The position numbers and the translations under genes were made by a program. Source: an uncultured Planctomycetota bacterium (lineage in GTDB: Bacteria > Planctomycetota > Planctomycetia > Isosphaerales > Isosphaeraceae). Taken from it: a DNA stretch of 64,000 nt. Below, one piece after another: positions 22,700 through 32,277 of the stretch. A model generated the notes under the pieces. The model saw only the letters and a list, made by a program, of their open reading frames with translations, searched no databases and was not told where the DNA came from. How positions within the stretch are numbered: position 1 is the first letter of the stretch; each line of letters starts with the position of its first letter. The stretch is from NCBI GenBank assembly GCA_963845755.1, contig CAWJTV010000003.1, forward strand, positions 128,001 to 192,000. Reading direction: 5' to 3'.

Positions 22700-24621
22700 T
22701 CACCGCGGGATCGCGGTCTCGGGCATCATGAGCAGGACACCCTCGTGTTGGAGGAGTTGGAGGTGCTGGAGGGCCTCCTTGATCGCGGCGACTCGACGCG
22801 GGTCGAGGTGGCGGAGGTACGGCAGGGCCAGGTCCACCAGCGAGGCCGGCTCGCCCCGGTTCGGACGGAATGCGTGAACGGCGATCCCGGGCGCGTCGTC
22901 CTTGGCCCCTGACGCATCCTCGAGGAGTTGCTCGAGGAAGTTCTTGGGTGCGGGGACAATCCGGACGTCGTAGTCGGTGAGTTTCGCCTGTCCGGCGACA
23001 TGAGCGATTGCGTCGCTGAGGCCGCCGATCTTGTCGACCAGGCCGAGCTCCAGGGCCTGCCGGCCGGTGAAGACGCGGCCGCCGGCCAGTTCATCGAGCG
23101 GCTTCTTGAGGCGGCTACCTCGGATCGAGCCGGCACGTGGCCTTTGAACACCTCGTAGACGTCGTCCATCCACGCCTGGACCCGCTGGCGCTCCGAATTC
23201 GTGAACGGGTCGCCGGAGGTCAACAAGCCGGCGTTCTCGCCCCGCTTGTAGGACTTGAACGTCACGCCGACCTTCTTCCACATGGCGCTGGTGGCCAGCT
23301 TGCCGCCCACGACGCCGATCGAGGCGGTGATCGTGGACTCGTCGGCGAAGATGACGTCCGAGGCGCAGGCGACGTAGTAGCCGCCGCTTCCGGCGACGTC
23401 GCCCATGGAGACGATGAAGGGCTTCTTGGCCTTCACGCGCTTGGTGGCGTCGAGGATGATCTCGCTGGCGACGGCCGACCCGCCGGGAGAATTGACGCGC
23501 AGGACTACGGCCTTGATGGAGGGATCCCGGGCCGCGTCGTCGAGCGCCTTGCGGACCTTCATGGAAGTGGCCCCGACCTCACCGAAGAGCGACGCCTGGC
23601 CGCCGCCCAGGGTGATCGGTCCCTCGACATGGACGATACCGACGGCGTTCTTGCTGGGGCCCTTCTTCTGACCCTGACCGAGGAGCTCACCCCAGAGCTT
23701 GAACATCGCGAAGGGTGAGGAGAGGTCGAGCGTGGGCTGCTGCTTCTGGCCGTACTTCTTGTCGAAGACGACGTCCGCGCCGTATTTCGATTTCAACATC
23801 GCCTCGAAGTCCTGGCGGTGCTCGATGTCGTCGATGAGCCCAGCCGTCCGGGCTTTCTCGGCGGTGTAGGGTCCGCCGTCGATCCACTTGCGGACCTGCG
23901 CCACCTCGACGTTCCGTCCGCGCGCGATCAGGGCGAGGGACGTCTCGAAAGTGCTGTCGAGCAGCCAGTTCTGCATCGCCTCGGCCTCGGGACTCGGGCC
24001 GTCGCGGAGGAACATCTCCGCGGCGCTCTTGTACGACCCGCAGGTGAGGAACTCCGGCCGGACGCCGAGCTTGTCGAGCAGGCCGCGCAGGTAGGGCGCC
24101 TCGCCGAAGAGCCCGACGATCCACAAGTCGGCGGTCGGGACCACGCTGAGCCGCGAGGCGCCGGAGAGGAGCACGTATTCTCGCATCGACAGGGAGTCGG
24201 CGTGGGCGTAGATCTCCTTGCCCGCGGCCCGGACCTTGGCCATGGCCTGGCGCAGCTCCTCGGCCTGGGCCATCCCGACCGAGCCCCCTTCGTGCAGGAA
24301 CACCACGGCCTTGACGATCGGGTCCTCACCGGCTTTCTTGATCCGGTCGAGTAGCTCGCGGAGCGAGGTGCCGCCGATCGCGCCGAAGGAGAACGTCTCA
24401 TCGGGGGGCAGTTCCGAGACATCCCCCGCGAGGCGGAAGACCGCGATCTTCGGCTTGGGAGGAGCCGGCTTCGCAGCCTCCTTATCCCCCTTGGCGGGAG
24501 TTCCCTTCGCCTGGACCGCCGGCTCGTCCCCGCGCACCGGGACGACTGGCCACGCAGCCAGATTCCCCATCAGGCCCGCCATCATCGCGAGTCGAAACGC
24601 CTTCCCCCGTCGCATCGTCAT
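22700..24621 (-). CDS. sppA: Signal peptide peptidase SppA (67K type), frameshift near 23130
   Basis: GSYKSAAE, VLRVNSPGGSAVASE, SMGDVAGSGGYYVA, TASIGV and GRVFTGRQALELGLVDKIGG. Confidence 0.92.
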
Positions 24622-24720
24622 GATCCGCCTCCTGGACTTCGGAATCCCGTCGAGTTGAGTTCGCCGACCTCCTCATACGACCCGCCAGTATAACCGGCCG
24701 GCCCGCCGGTGGTTAATTGC

Positions 24721-24778
24721 TCTTAGCGTAAAGCTTCAGCGGCCCGCGCAGCGAGTCCGCTCCAACCGCAGGTTAAGC
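24721..24778 (-). repeat. attC 8 (terminal; degenerate R' GCTAAGA)
   Basis: R'' GCTTAAC..GGAGCGGACTCGCTGCGCGGGCCGCTGAAG..GCTAAGA. Confidence 0.8.
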
Positions 24779-24779
24779 G

Positions 24780-25226
24780 TCAGTCCATCTCATCCCAATA
24801 CACATGGACTACCTGCGAAGTCGGATCATAAGAGACGAACGCCTGCCCCTGCGTGAACCCAGCATGGAAAGCGCCCGACTCCAGGAAACCCGTCGGCGAA
24901 CCGGCGAGGGGCGTCCACCAAACCGGGGTCGGGCCATAGATGCCCGCCCCAGATACTCTCAATCCGAACTCGCCCGGCGTCAACTTCGTGAAAGTGGCAC
25001 CGAGCAGCCCATTGAGTTGCGGCTACAGTACCTGGAATTTGAGGTAGCAGGTCGAGGTGTCGGCGAAGGTCCGGCCATACGCCTGAAGGGCCCGTATCGA
25101 TGGCACCGGCTTGACACCCAAGGTTGCCTCGAAGACTTCGACGGGCGAGCCGTATTCCTCGGGGTCGCTGCAACCCGAGGGAATTAACGCAAGCCAGACG
25201 ATCACGGCCCTGGATATAGCCCTCAT
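24780..25226 (-). CDS. Cassette 8: putative lipoprotein, frameshift near 25020
   Basis: MRAISRAVIVWLALIPSGC lipobox-like start with GGAGG RBS; continues in ORF 24780-24983. Confidence 0.6.
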
Positions 25227-25252
25227 GGGATGGCCTCCCTGCTCTGTGAGCC

Positions 25253-25310
25253 GGCTAACGCCCAAATTCAGCGGCCCGCGCAGCGGGTCCGATGGATCGA
25301 CTTGTTAGGC
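25253..25310 (-). repeat. attC 7
   Basis: GCCTAAC..GGACCCGCTGCGCGGGCCGCTGA..GTTAGCC. Confidence 0.9.
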
Positions 25311-25320
25311 CTGATGCGGC

Positions 25321-25875
25321 CTATCTCCAGACCTCCCACCATTTCTTCTCGCGGCCACGCTTCTCAAGCCTCTCGTAAGGTTCGTCGGGCCCACCGGGGA
25401 TATCCTCGTCATGTCGAAAACCCGTGAGCACCTGCGCAACCTCGACAGGAACGTCGAAGATGTAGTCCGCATGGTCCTGGCCGAGCTGCTCGGCTGTCAA
25501 GCGGTCGCGGATCGGGGCGAACACCGGTGGGAGATCGCCGTCGGTCTCGAGATGCCCGTACCCTCGCTGCAGATCGTGCGTGATGGACCACACGCGCCTA
25601 CCGTCCTTCCAGCCGCTCGCCCTGCTGTACATGACGTGCTCTTCGACGAAGCACGTGACGACTTCTCCGCCCGAGGACAGTTCAGCCAGCGGCTGTGTCT
25701 CCTCGAGATCACAACGATTCGCGAGGACCAGATACCAGCCAGTCGGAAGATCGGCACCGAGCAGCGGGGATTCTGGGACCTCCTCGTGCCGGCCCGTCCC
25801 GCGGACTCCGAGCTCACTGCGTACGGTCGCCACGTCTTTGCCACGAATCGCCAGCCAGGACAAGGAGAACCCCAT
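25321..25875 (-). CDS. Cassette 7: hypothetical protein (184 aa)
   Basis: Single ORF filling the inter-attC space; ends KKWWEVWR. Confidence 0.75.
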   Translation of the reverse strand: MGFSLSWLAIRGKDVATVRSELGVRGTGRHEEVPESPLLGADLPTGWYLVLANRCDLEETQPLAELSSGGEVVTCFVEEHVMYSRASGWKDGRRVWSITHDLQRGYGHLETDGDLPPVFAPIRDRLTAEQLGQDHADYIFDVPVEVAQVLTGFRHDEDIPGGPDEPYERLEKRGREKKWWEVWR

Positions 25876-25899
25876 GGTGCACGCTGAACCGTACCCGCG

Positions 25900-25956
25900 G
25901 CCTAACGTAAAAGATCAGCCCCGCGCAGCGGGGTCCGCTGCATCGCCTCGTTAGAC
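25900..25956 (-). repeat. attC 6
   Basis: GTCTAAC..GATGCAGCGGAC..GGCTGATC..GTTAGGC. Confidence 0.9.
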
Positions 25957-26052
25957 TGGTACAACTGTTGACATCCGCTAGGTCCCGTTTTCCGACCGTT
26001 CAGCGCGGCCTTCCCGGGGCACGCTCCGCTTTGCTCCAGCCGCCCGTCGACA

Positions 26053-26634
26053 TCACTGATGGTCCTCTCTGACCGGGATTCCTTTCGCGGCGGCCCGTTC
26101 GAGAATCTCGCCGATGGCCTCCTGGAAGAGCGTACCGAGCTCGATGGTTTGGTCCTGCCCGCCCTTCCGCGTTACGTCGAGGTAGTGTTTTCGGCTTGAG
26201 CGGCGGCCGCTGCGCTCGACCTTGGAGTGGTAATGCAACGCGAGCACGTCGTCGAAGCGGAGCGACTGATTGTTCGATCCGGGCATCGCGCTCGAGCGCT
26301 CGAAGTGGTTCGAGTCGATGATGACGCGGTCTGTCCACATCATCGGAGCGGCGAGTATCGTGGCGATGGGTCCGACAATGAGCAAAGCGTAACCGAGTCG
26401 AGCAATCCGCTTGCGGAGGAACCAGCCAACCGGCGCGGCTACAACGCCGCCGACCGCAACGCCGAGCACAATCCATGTTTCGAATCCATATGTCGAAACA
26501 TCTCCGCGCACGGTCCTCTGGATGCAGCCTGCACACGCGAGGAGGATTGGGATGGCGACGAACCACCGCCTGCTCGGCGGCGGGGAAAACCGTATGGAAT
26601 CCACGTCTTGCCTCCTGACAAACCGGTGAAACAC
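26053..26634 (-). CDS. Cassette 6: hypothetical membrane protein (start uncertain)
   Basis: LLACAGC lipobox-like segment, two TM helices and a soluble tail. Confidence 0.65.
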   Translation of the reverse strand: MFHRFVRRQDVDSIRFSPPPSRRWFVAIPILLACAGCIQRTVRGDVSTYGFETWIVLGVAVGGVVAAPVGWFLRKRIARLGYALLIVGPIATILAAPMMWTDRVIIDSNHFERSSAMPGSNNQSLRFDDVLALHYHSKVERSGRRSSRKHYLDVTRKGGQDQTIELGTLFQEAIGEILERAAAKGIPVREDHQ

Positions 26635-26671
26635 TCGAACGTCGAATCGTAGACTGGGTCGCGACCCCGCC

Positions 26672-26732
26672 CCCTAACGCCCCAGATCAGCGGCCCGCCG
26701 ACAGGCGGGTCCGCTGCAACGCCGGGTTAGGC
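26672..26732 (-). repeat. attC 5
   Basis: GCCTAAC..TTGCAGCGGAC..GCCGCTGATC..GTTAGGG. Confidence 0.9.
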
Positions 26733-26957
26733 GGGCTTCTCCGGCAACACGCAGGCCAGCCGCCGAAGTTCCGCCTCACTGACGCGGAGGCCGTGGGGCG
26801 GGAGGCCGGACTCGCGGTTGACGACCCGGGCCTTTTCCAGCGCCACCTCGAGCGCCTCCGCTTCGCTTGCGGCGGTCACGGTCACGCTCCACAAGATGTC
26901 ACTGATGCCGAGGGCGCACCCGTTGATGTTTGTGAACCCCACCCAGAACTGGCCCAT
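26727..26957 (-). CDS. Cassette 5: small hypothetical protein (76 aa)
   Basis: GGAGG RBS; stop TAA lies in the attC R'' box. Confidence 0.65.
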   Translation of the reverse strand: MGQFWVGFTNINGCALGISDILWSVTVTAASEAEALEVALEKARVVNRESGLPPHGLRVSEAELRRLACVLPEKPA

Positions 26958-26973
26958 CGCATCGCCTCCCGCC

Positions 26974-27032
26974 GCCTAACGAAAAGTTCAGCGGCCCGCC
27001 GCAGGCGGACCCGCTGCAATGACGGGTTAGGC
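26974..27032 (-). repeat. attC 4
   Basis: GCCTAAC..TTGCAGCGGG..GCCGCTGAAC..GTTAGGC. Confidence 0.9.
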
Positions 27033-27341
27033 CGGATTCCCCTCAACAGCCCGGAACCGCAACACGAACTCACCGACCTGGAGCTCATCCCCATCCACGA
27101 GGCTGAACGGCAGGACGACCTCCCGACCATTCAGCCGCGTCTGGTATCCCCGCTTCAGCCGACAGCACTGCAGATAGCGACCCTGGCGAGGAATGAACAG
27201 CGCGTGGTGTTTGCCGACCGTCGGGCTGTGGAGGAAGACGGTACACGCACTACAGCGACCGAGGCTCACGAAGTCGTACTCACTCCGGAGCGGGAATACT
27301 CGCCCGGTGTTGTTCCCTCCGATGACCTCAAGCCACAGCAT
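27027..27341 (-). CDS. Cassette 4: FHA-domain protein (104 aa)
   Basis: LEVIGG..GRVFPL..LGR..C.V.L..PTVGKHHA..T.LNG..L.DGDELQVG; stop lies in R''. Confidence 0.75.
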   Translation of the reverse strand: MLWLEVIGGNNTGRVFPLRSEYDFVSLGRCSACTVFLHSPTVGKHHALFIPRQGRYLQCCRLKRGYQTRLNGREVVLPFSLVDGDELQVGEFVLRFRAVEGNPA

Positions 27342-27358
27342 AGCGACCACCTCGCTTG

Positions 27359-27418
27359 GCCTAACGAAAAAGCTCAGCGGCCCGCCGCAGGCGGGTCCGC
27401 TGGATCGACTTGTTAGCC
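27359..27418 (-). repeat. attC 3
   Basis: GGCTAAC..ATCCAGCGGAC..GCCGCTGAGC..GTTAGGC. Confidence 0.9.
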
Positions 27419-27831
27419 GCGCCCCTCTCTTTCGGTGTGCCGAAGATCTCGTAAAGGACGCGGTTGTCCAGTCGCCGCTCATCGTTCAGTTGCACGAATT
27501 CGGACCATGGCACCCGACGGCTGGGCGGGTGTCGCGGCTTATTCGAATCGTCGCCCCACCACCAGAGCAATGCGACCGATCCGACCGGGAAGATCGAGAG
27601 GAAGTAACCGACGAAGCGAAGCGGCACCAACCGAGCGGGGCCATCCTCACTCCCGTCAATCGATCCGCAACCGCAGCAACCGTTCGTTATGGAATAGTTC
27701 GGGAATTCGCCCACGCACCAGAGGGTGCCTTCTCCATTCGGAAGTCGGTACGCCGACTGGACCGGGAGTGCCAGGAAATCGGTGCCGGCGTCTTCTCTGA
27801 GCTTGACGGTAAGCTCTATGCAGTCGCACAT
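27361..27831 (-). CDS. Cassette 3: Cys-containing hypothetical protein (156 aa), directly after the intron 3' end
   Basis: ATG 27831 preceded by AGGA (MCDCIEL..NGCCGCG). The ORF reads through attC 3 to the TAG in R'. Confidence 0.6.
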   Translation of the reverse strand: MCDCIELTVKLREDAGTDFLALPVQSAYRLPNGEGTLWCVGEFPNYSITNGCCGCGSIDGSEDGPARLVPLRFVGYFLSIFPVGSVALLWWWGDDSNKPRHPPSRRVPWSEFVQLNDERRLDNRVLYEIFGTPKERGAANKSIQRTRLRRAAELFR

Positions 27832-27917
27832 ACGTCCTACGCCGGTCGGGTAAGGAGGTGAGGTTGCCCTCACCCCCTCCCCTCAGAACCGTACGTGCGC
27901 CTTGCGACGCATACGGC

Positions 27918-28924
27918 TCAAGCCTTCTCGAACGCCCCTCGCGGGACACAGCCCAGTCCGCCAGCCTTCCTCTTGCCGTGGATCTGCCGATGGCAGTGGG
28001 CGTGCAACAACTCCAAGTTGTCGTACGTCTCACCGCCGCCTCGATTGCGCCAGATCCGATGATGAATGTGCCAGGGTTCGTCTTCGGCCTGAAGAGGCTG
28101 CCCGCACATCACACATCGACCCCCTTGTCCCTTCCAGAGATACTCGATCCGGCCTCGACCTGCCAGGGTGTGCGTCAGCTTCCAGGCCGACCTCTCCTCC
28201 AGGTAGAGTTCCCACTCCGGATCGTAGGGGTTGGCCGCACTCCGGATCTTCCTCCACCGCAGGACCTTGACCCCGGCCGCTTTCATCAGCCGGATCCGTC
28301 GCGCCGAGCCCGTGCTGTCACGGATTGTGCCCGTGAAGACCCAGTCTCGGTGGCCCTCGCGCTGGAAGTATTTCCTCTTGATCCACTTCCAGTTCTTCTC
28401 GGGATGGCGTCGGCGACACCATCTCATCAGCTTCCGGAAGATCCGATCGTCCACCGCATGGAAGATGCGCTTACTGACCGCATAACGGTGGTACATGGTC
28501 CAGCCCTTGATCTGTTGATTCAGGCGCCGGATTAAGTCGCCCGCCGTCTTGCCGCCCGAGTCGTCGATCGTCGCCTGGATCTTGGCCAGGAACGTCTTGA
28601 TGCTCCGCTTCGATGGCTTGATCAAGACCTTGCCATTAGGGAAGCGTCGCACCGCCTGTCCCAGGAAATCGAAGCCGTCCTCAAGATGGGTGATCCTGGT
28701 CTTCTCGTGGGAGAGTTCGAGACCCCGCTTTCGTAAGAAGTGTTCCACGAGGGGCTGGACTTCACCTCGCAGGAGGACCCTTGATGTGCCGGTAATGATG
28801 AAGTCATCCGCATATCGGACCAGATGGACCTTGCCTCCCGCACGCCGTCGGCGTGTGTTGCTGAAGCGCCGCTCCAGCAACTCTTGCAACCCATCCAGGG
28901 CCCGGTTCGCCAGCGCGGGGGAGA
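27918..28924 (-). CDS. ltrA: Group II intron RT/maturase, C-terminal part (YADD, domain X, HNH endonuclease)
   Basis: SPALAN..LDGL, VRYADDFIIT, GLELSHEKT, GFDFLG, LNQQIKGW..YHR, ANPYDP and C..C..HIHH..NLELLHAHCHRQIH. Confidence 0.93.
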
Positions 28925-30946
28925 TCACGCCCCCAACAATGTTGCAAAACTGTCCCTGATCCCTGACTCTGTCATTTCCAGATCGCGGCTCCGACCGAAG
29001 TATGGGCAAGGATGGCAGCCCGGGCTCGATCCCCGTCCAAGGCAGGCTGACAGCCGCGGTCTTGGAGAGGATGAGTCAACATGATTACATCTCAACGGAG
29101 GTCAGCCCTGAGCCCTCCCGTCACCCGCCATTTCGAGTTCACCCGGTTTCAGGATGAGGTGATCGCGCTGGCATACCAGGCCTTGATCCCGGTCGTTTCT
29201 CGCCACCTGGAACGGTCGCGATCGCGATCTCACGACAACGAGCAGGCCACCACAACGATGCAGGGACTCCGATCAAAGGCCAGAGGAGCTTGACCAGCCA
29301 TGCTCAATCACGATCTCTGTGTGGGGACCTATGGCCGGGTCTCCGGGGACCAACAGTCCAAGGAGGACACGATCGCCAGCCAGCTTGAGGCGATCAGGCA
29401 GCGCGTCGCGAGCGACGGCTTGGTATGCTCCCCCGAGCTGTGCTTTGTGGACGATGGCTACACCGGGGATACCCTGGTCCGCCCGGGCCTCGAACGACTT
29501 CGGGACCAGGCCGCTGCTGGGACCATCGATCGCCTCTACATTCTCGATCCCGATCGACTTTCGCGCAAATATGCCTACCAGGTTTTGATACTCGAGGAAC
29601 TGGCCCGGTGCGGCGTTGAGGTCGTCTTCCTGCGCAATCCCCTGGGTCACGGACCCGAAGAGAACCTGCTTGTGCAGGTCCAGGGCATGATCGCTGAATA
29701 CGAGCGTGCCAAGATCATGGAGCGGTGTCGCCGAGGCAAGCAGTACGCCGCCCGCCACGGCTCGGTCAACGTGCTCAGCGGCGCGCCGTATGGCTACCGC
29801 TACATCGGCAAGCATGAGGGCGGCGGCGCGGCGCGTTATCAGGTCGTGGCCGACGAGGCGCGGATCGTGCGGAAGATCTTCGGGTGGGTCGGCCAGGAAC
29901 GATGCTCGATCGGTGAGGTTTGCCGACGTCTGCAACGCGACGGCGTCCCCACGCGGACGGGCAAATCGGCCTGGGACCGCTCGGTGATCTGGTCGTATCT
30001 CAGGAACCCTGCCTACAAGGGGACGGCCGGTTTCGGCAAGACACCACGCGGGCGCCCTCAAGCCGAAGCGGCTGCGCGCGCAACGCGGCCGTCCTGAGCA
30101 GCCCCGGCGTCCTGTCTCTCGGGTCGATACATCCACGCAAGAACAAATCTTCATCGATGTCCCCGGTTTGGTGAGCGAGGAACTCTTCGGGATGGTTCAA
30201 GCTCAAATCGAGGAGAACCGGCAACGCCGGCGCGAACGGCTCCGTGGCGACCGCTATCTCCTCCAGGGGTTAGTTGTCTGCAAACGGTGCGGCTACGGCT
30301 GCTACGGCAAGCCGGTGAGCCGGGCCTCGGCCAAGGGGAAGGTCCCCTACGCCTACTACCGCTGCACCGGCTCCGACGCCTATCGTTTCGGTGGCCAGCG
30401 ACTGTGTTGGAACAAGCAGGTCCGCACGGATGTCTTGGACGCCGCCGTCTGGGAAGATGTGCGTCATCTCTTGTCCGAGCCCGAACGGGTTCGAGTGGAG
30501 TACGAACGGCGGCTGCACGGGCCGGAGACAGGCCCAGACCGCGAGGTGAAGCATCTCAACAAATTGATTGCGAATCTAAAAAAGATGATCGCTCGATTGA
30601 TCGATGCCTACGGCGAGGGATTACTTAACAAGTCGGAGTTCGAGCCAAGGATCTTGGCAGCGCACGAGCGCCTGGCCAAACTGGAGGATGAGTGTCGGCA
30701 GCAGATTGACGAGGCCAACCAGGAAGCCGAACTGCGGCTGGTGATCGGCCAGTTGGAGGAGTTCGCGAGACGCGTTTCCCACGAGTTGCAAGAGCCGGAC
30801 TGGGCCACGCGACGGGCGATCGTTCGGGCTTTGGTGAAGAAGGTCGAGATCGACGAGCAGGAGGTCCGCATCGTGTATCGGATCAGTCCGTCCCCTTTTG
30901 AGGGAGGCCCCCAACAGGGTTCTTTGCAACATTGTTGGGGGCGTGA
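28925..30946 (+). mobile_element. Large-serine-recombinase element (2022 bp) interrupting the intron RT
   Basis: Perfect 24-bp inverted ends TCACGCCCCCAACAATGTTGCAAA (28925-28948 / 30923-30946), with GA at both junctions (28923-24 / 30945-46). Removing the element restores the RT. Confidence 0.92.
29081..29293 (+). CDS. Small hypothetical protein (70 aa) upstream of the recombinase
   Basis: GAGGA upstream of the ATG; ends 6 bp before the recombinase ATG and contains its RBS (GAGGAG). Confidence 0.6.
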   Translation: MITSQRRSALSPPVTRHFEFTRFQDEVIALAYQALIPVVSRHLERSRSRSHDNEQATTTMQGLRSKARGA

Positions 30947-31289
30947 CGATCCCCCCTTGAGGTGTGCCTTCCGTGGTGGCGAACAGGACGTGCTTCTCCA
31001 GGAACCCGGCCTTCAGCCACTTCCGGAGCACCTCCTTGTCCATGGGGATATGGTCGATCAACCAACGATGGCTGATCCGATCAAAGCAGGCTTTGATATC
31101 CCCCTCCAAGATCCAGCTCGGACCGGGCGGACCCCTGAGGATCTTGTGACACTCATCCAGGGCATCGGCACAGCAGCGTTCCAGTCGAAAGCCGTAGGAA
31201 TGGCCGTCGGCGAGGGACTCTGCGATGGGATCGAGGCCCAGCAGGTAGAGGGCCTGCATGGCTCGATCGGCCATGGTAGGAATCCCTAA
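29300..31289 (+). CDS. Large serine recombinase; frameshift near 30045; reads past the element end at 30946
   Basis: Catalytic YGRVS..Q, DDGYTG..RPGL, DRLSR; recombinase domain (APYGY); Zn ribbon LLQGLVVCKRCG..YYRC; coiled coil; RRAIVRALVKKVEI. Confidence 0.9.
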
Positions 31290-31660
31290 ACCACGTCGCT
31301 GGCCGTTGCTCTTGGGAATGTAAACCCTGCGGAGCGGTTGCGGCCGATAGCCGTGCCGACGCAGGGTGCTGAAGGCCGCCGACTTGACCTCCGGCGTGTT
31401 CCAGAGGATTCCGTCCACGCCGGGGGTCCGCGCACCCGAATTACTGACGACTCGCAAGATGGCCAGAGCCCGGCCACTGTACGAGTGGGTGAGCAGGTAG
31501 ACCAGGGCTTTGGCTTTGTTCCACCTGCCCTCCCGGACTGCCTTTACGATACGCGCTGGAGCCGACGGACCGTGCGCCAGACTTTCTTCCAGGAAATGGA
31601 ATTCCAGTCGGGCGCATGGCCGGGGACCGCACCAACAGGCGTTGCCGCCTGTGCCTTATC
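30947..31660 (-). CDS. ltrA: Group II intron RT/maturase, N-terminal part (start approximate; 1-bp frameshift near 31557)
   Basis: WNSISWKKV..VRRLQ/ARIVKA, TPGVDG, RRVYIPKSNG..RGLGIPTMADRAMQ, SYGFR, WILEGDIKACFD, WLKAG and GTPQGGIV. Confidence 0.92.
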
Positions 31661-32277
31661 TGCTTTGCCCCCTGAGTCAGTTGGCCGAGGTTCTCTCGTA
31701 ACGGAAGACCCGGGGGAAGTCGGCTCCCTTTCGGGCGGGGTGATGTCGCCTGTCGGCTCAACCCCTATCCGACCGGTTAGTGGCCGGCGTTCGCTTCCTC
31801 CCTCGTCCTGTACCCGCCGCCCCATGGGCTCCTCTTGCGAGTCGCCTACCCTCGCGGGGAGGACGACGGGCTTACCACGTTCCGACGATGTGCCAAGGTG
31901 GGGAGGGTCGCCGCTCTTCGCCGGTGGTACGGCATCTGCGCCGGGGAGTTAGGAGCCCCCGGACCTGACCACGTGCCCTTTTGGCCCAAGCGTGACAGCA
32001 TCTTCCGCTTGTTCTCAGTAACGACGTTTATCGCGGCTTCACTTTACGTTAACCCGTCCACCCGATCCTGGTCCCCGACCGCGTTGATGCTGGCAGTCGC
32101 GGCGTCGGCTGGCGCTCCGGCCGCCCTCCCGAGGGAGGAGGATACGTTGTGCCGGGGGCTTGGCACCCCTCCGTTGCCGGAGGCGCACTCCCCGGTGGGA
32201 TACTGCTGGCAGAACAGCAGGTGCTGTCGCCCTCTCCGAGGTCGCAGCACAGTCACATCGGCGACTTCGTGTCGCAC

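Larger units (their letters stand above)
27845..32277 (-). mobile_element. Group II intron (IIB/chloroplast-like class) inserted in an attC R' box; 2411 bp without the nested element
   Basis: 5' end GTGCGAC at 32277. 34-nt domain V GAGCCGTATGCGTCGCAAGGCGCACGTACGGTTC, domain VI hairpin, 3' end CCCGAC at 27845. Joined exons give GTTAGG|C. EBS1 CCTAAC in a hairpin loop at 31948-31953. Confidence 0.93.

Noticed and set aside
27823..27829. Second GTGCGAC as the 5' end of another intron (twintron)
   Set aside because: It is simply ATG TGC GAC at the start of cassette 3, and no second domain V lies downstream.
28925..30946. DDE-type IS, suggested by the terminal inverted repeats
   Set aside because: There is no DDE transposase and no TSD beyond GA. 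The repeats fit attP arms of the encoded serine recombinase.
27918..31660. RT as a retron, DGR or defence RT, or as two separate RT genes
   Set aside because: Group II ribozyme ends, domains V/VI, the maturase and HNH domains are present, and the halves join exactly in frame. No TR/VR pair is seen.
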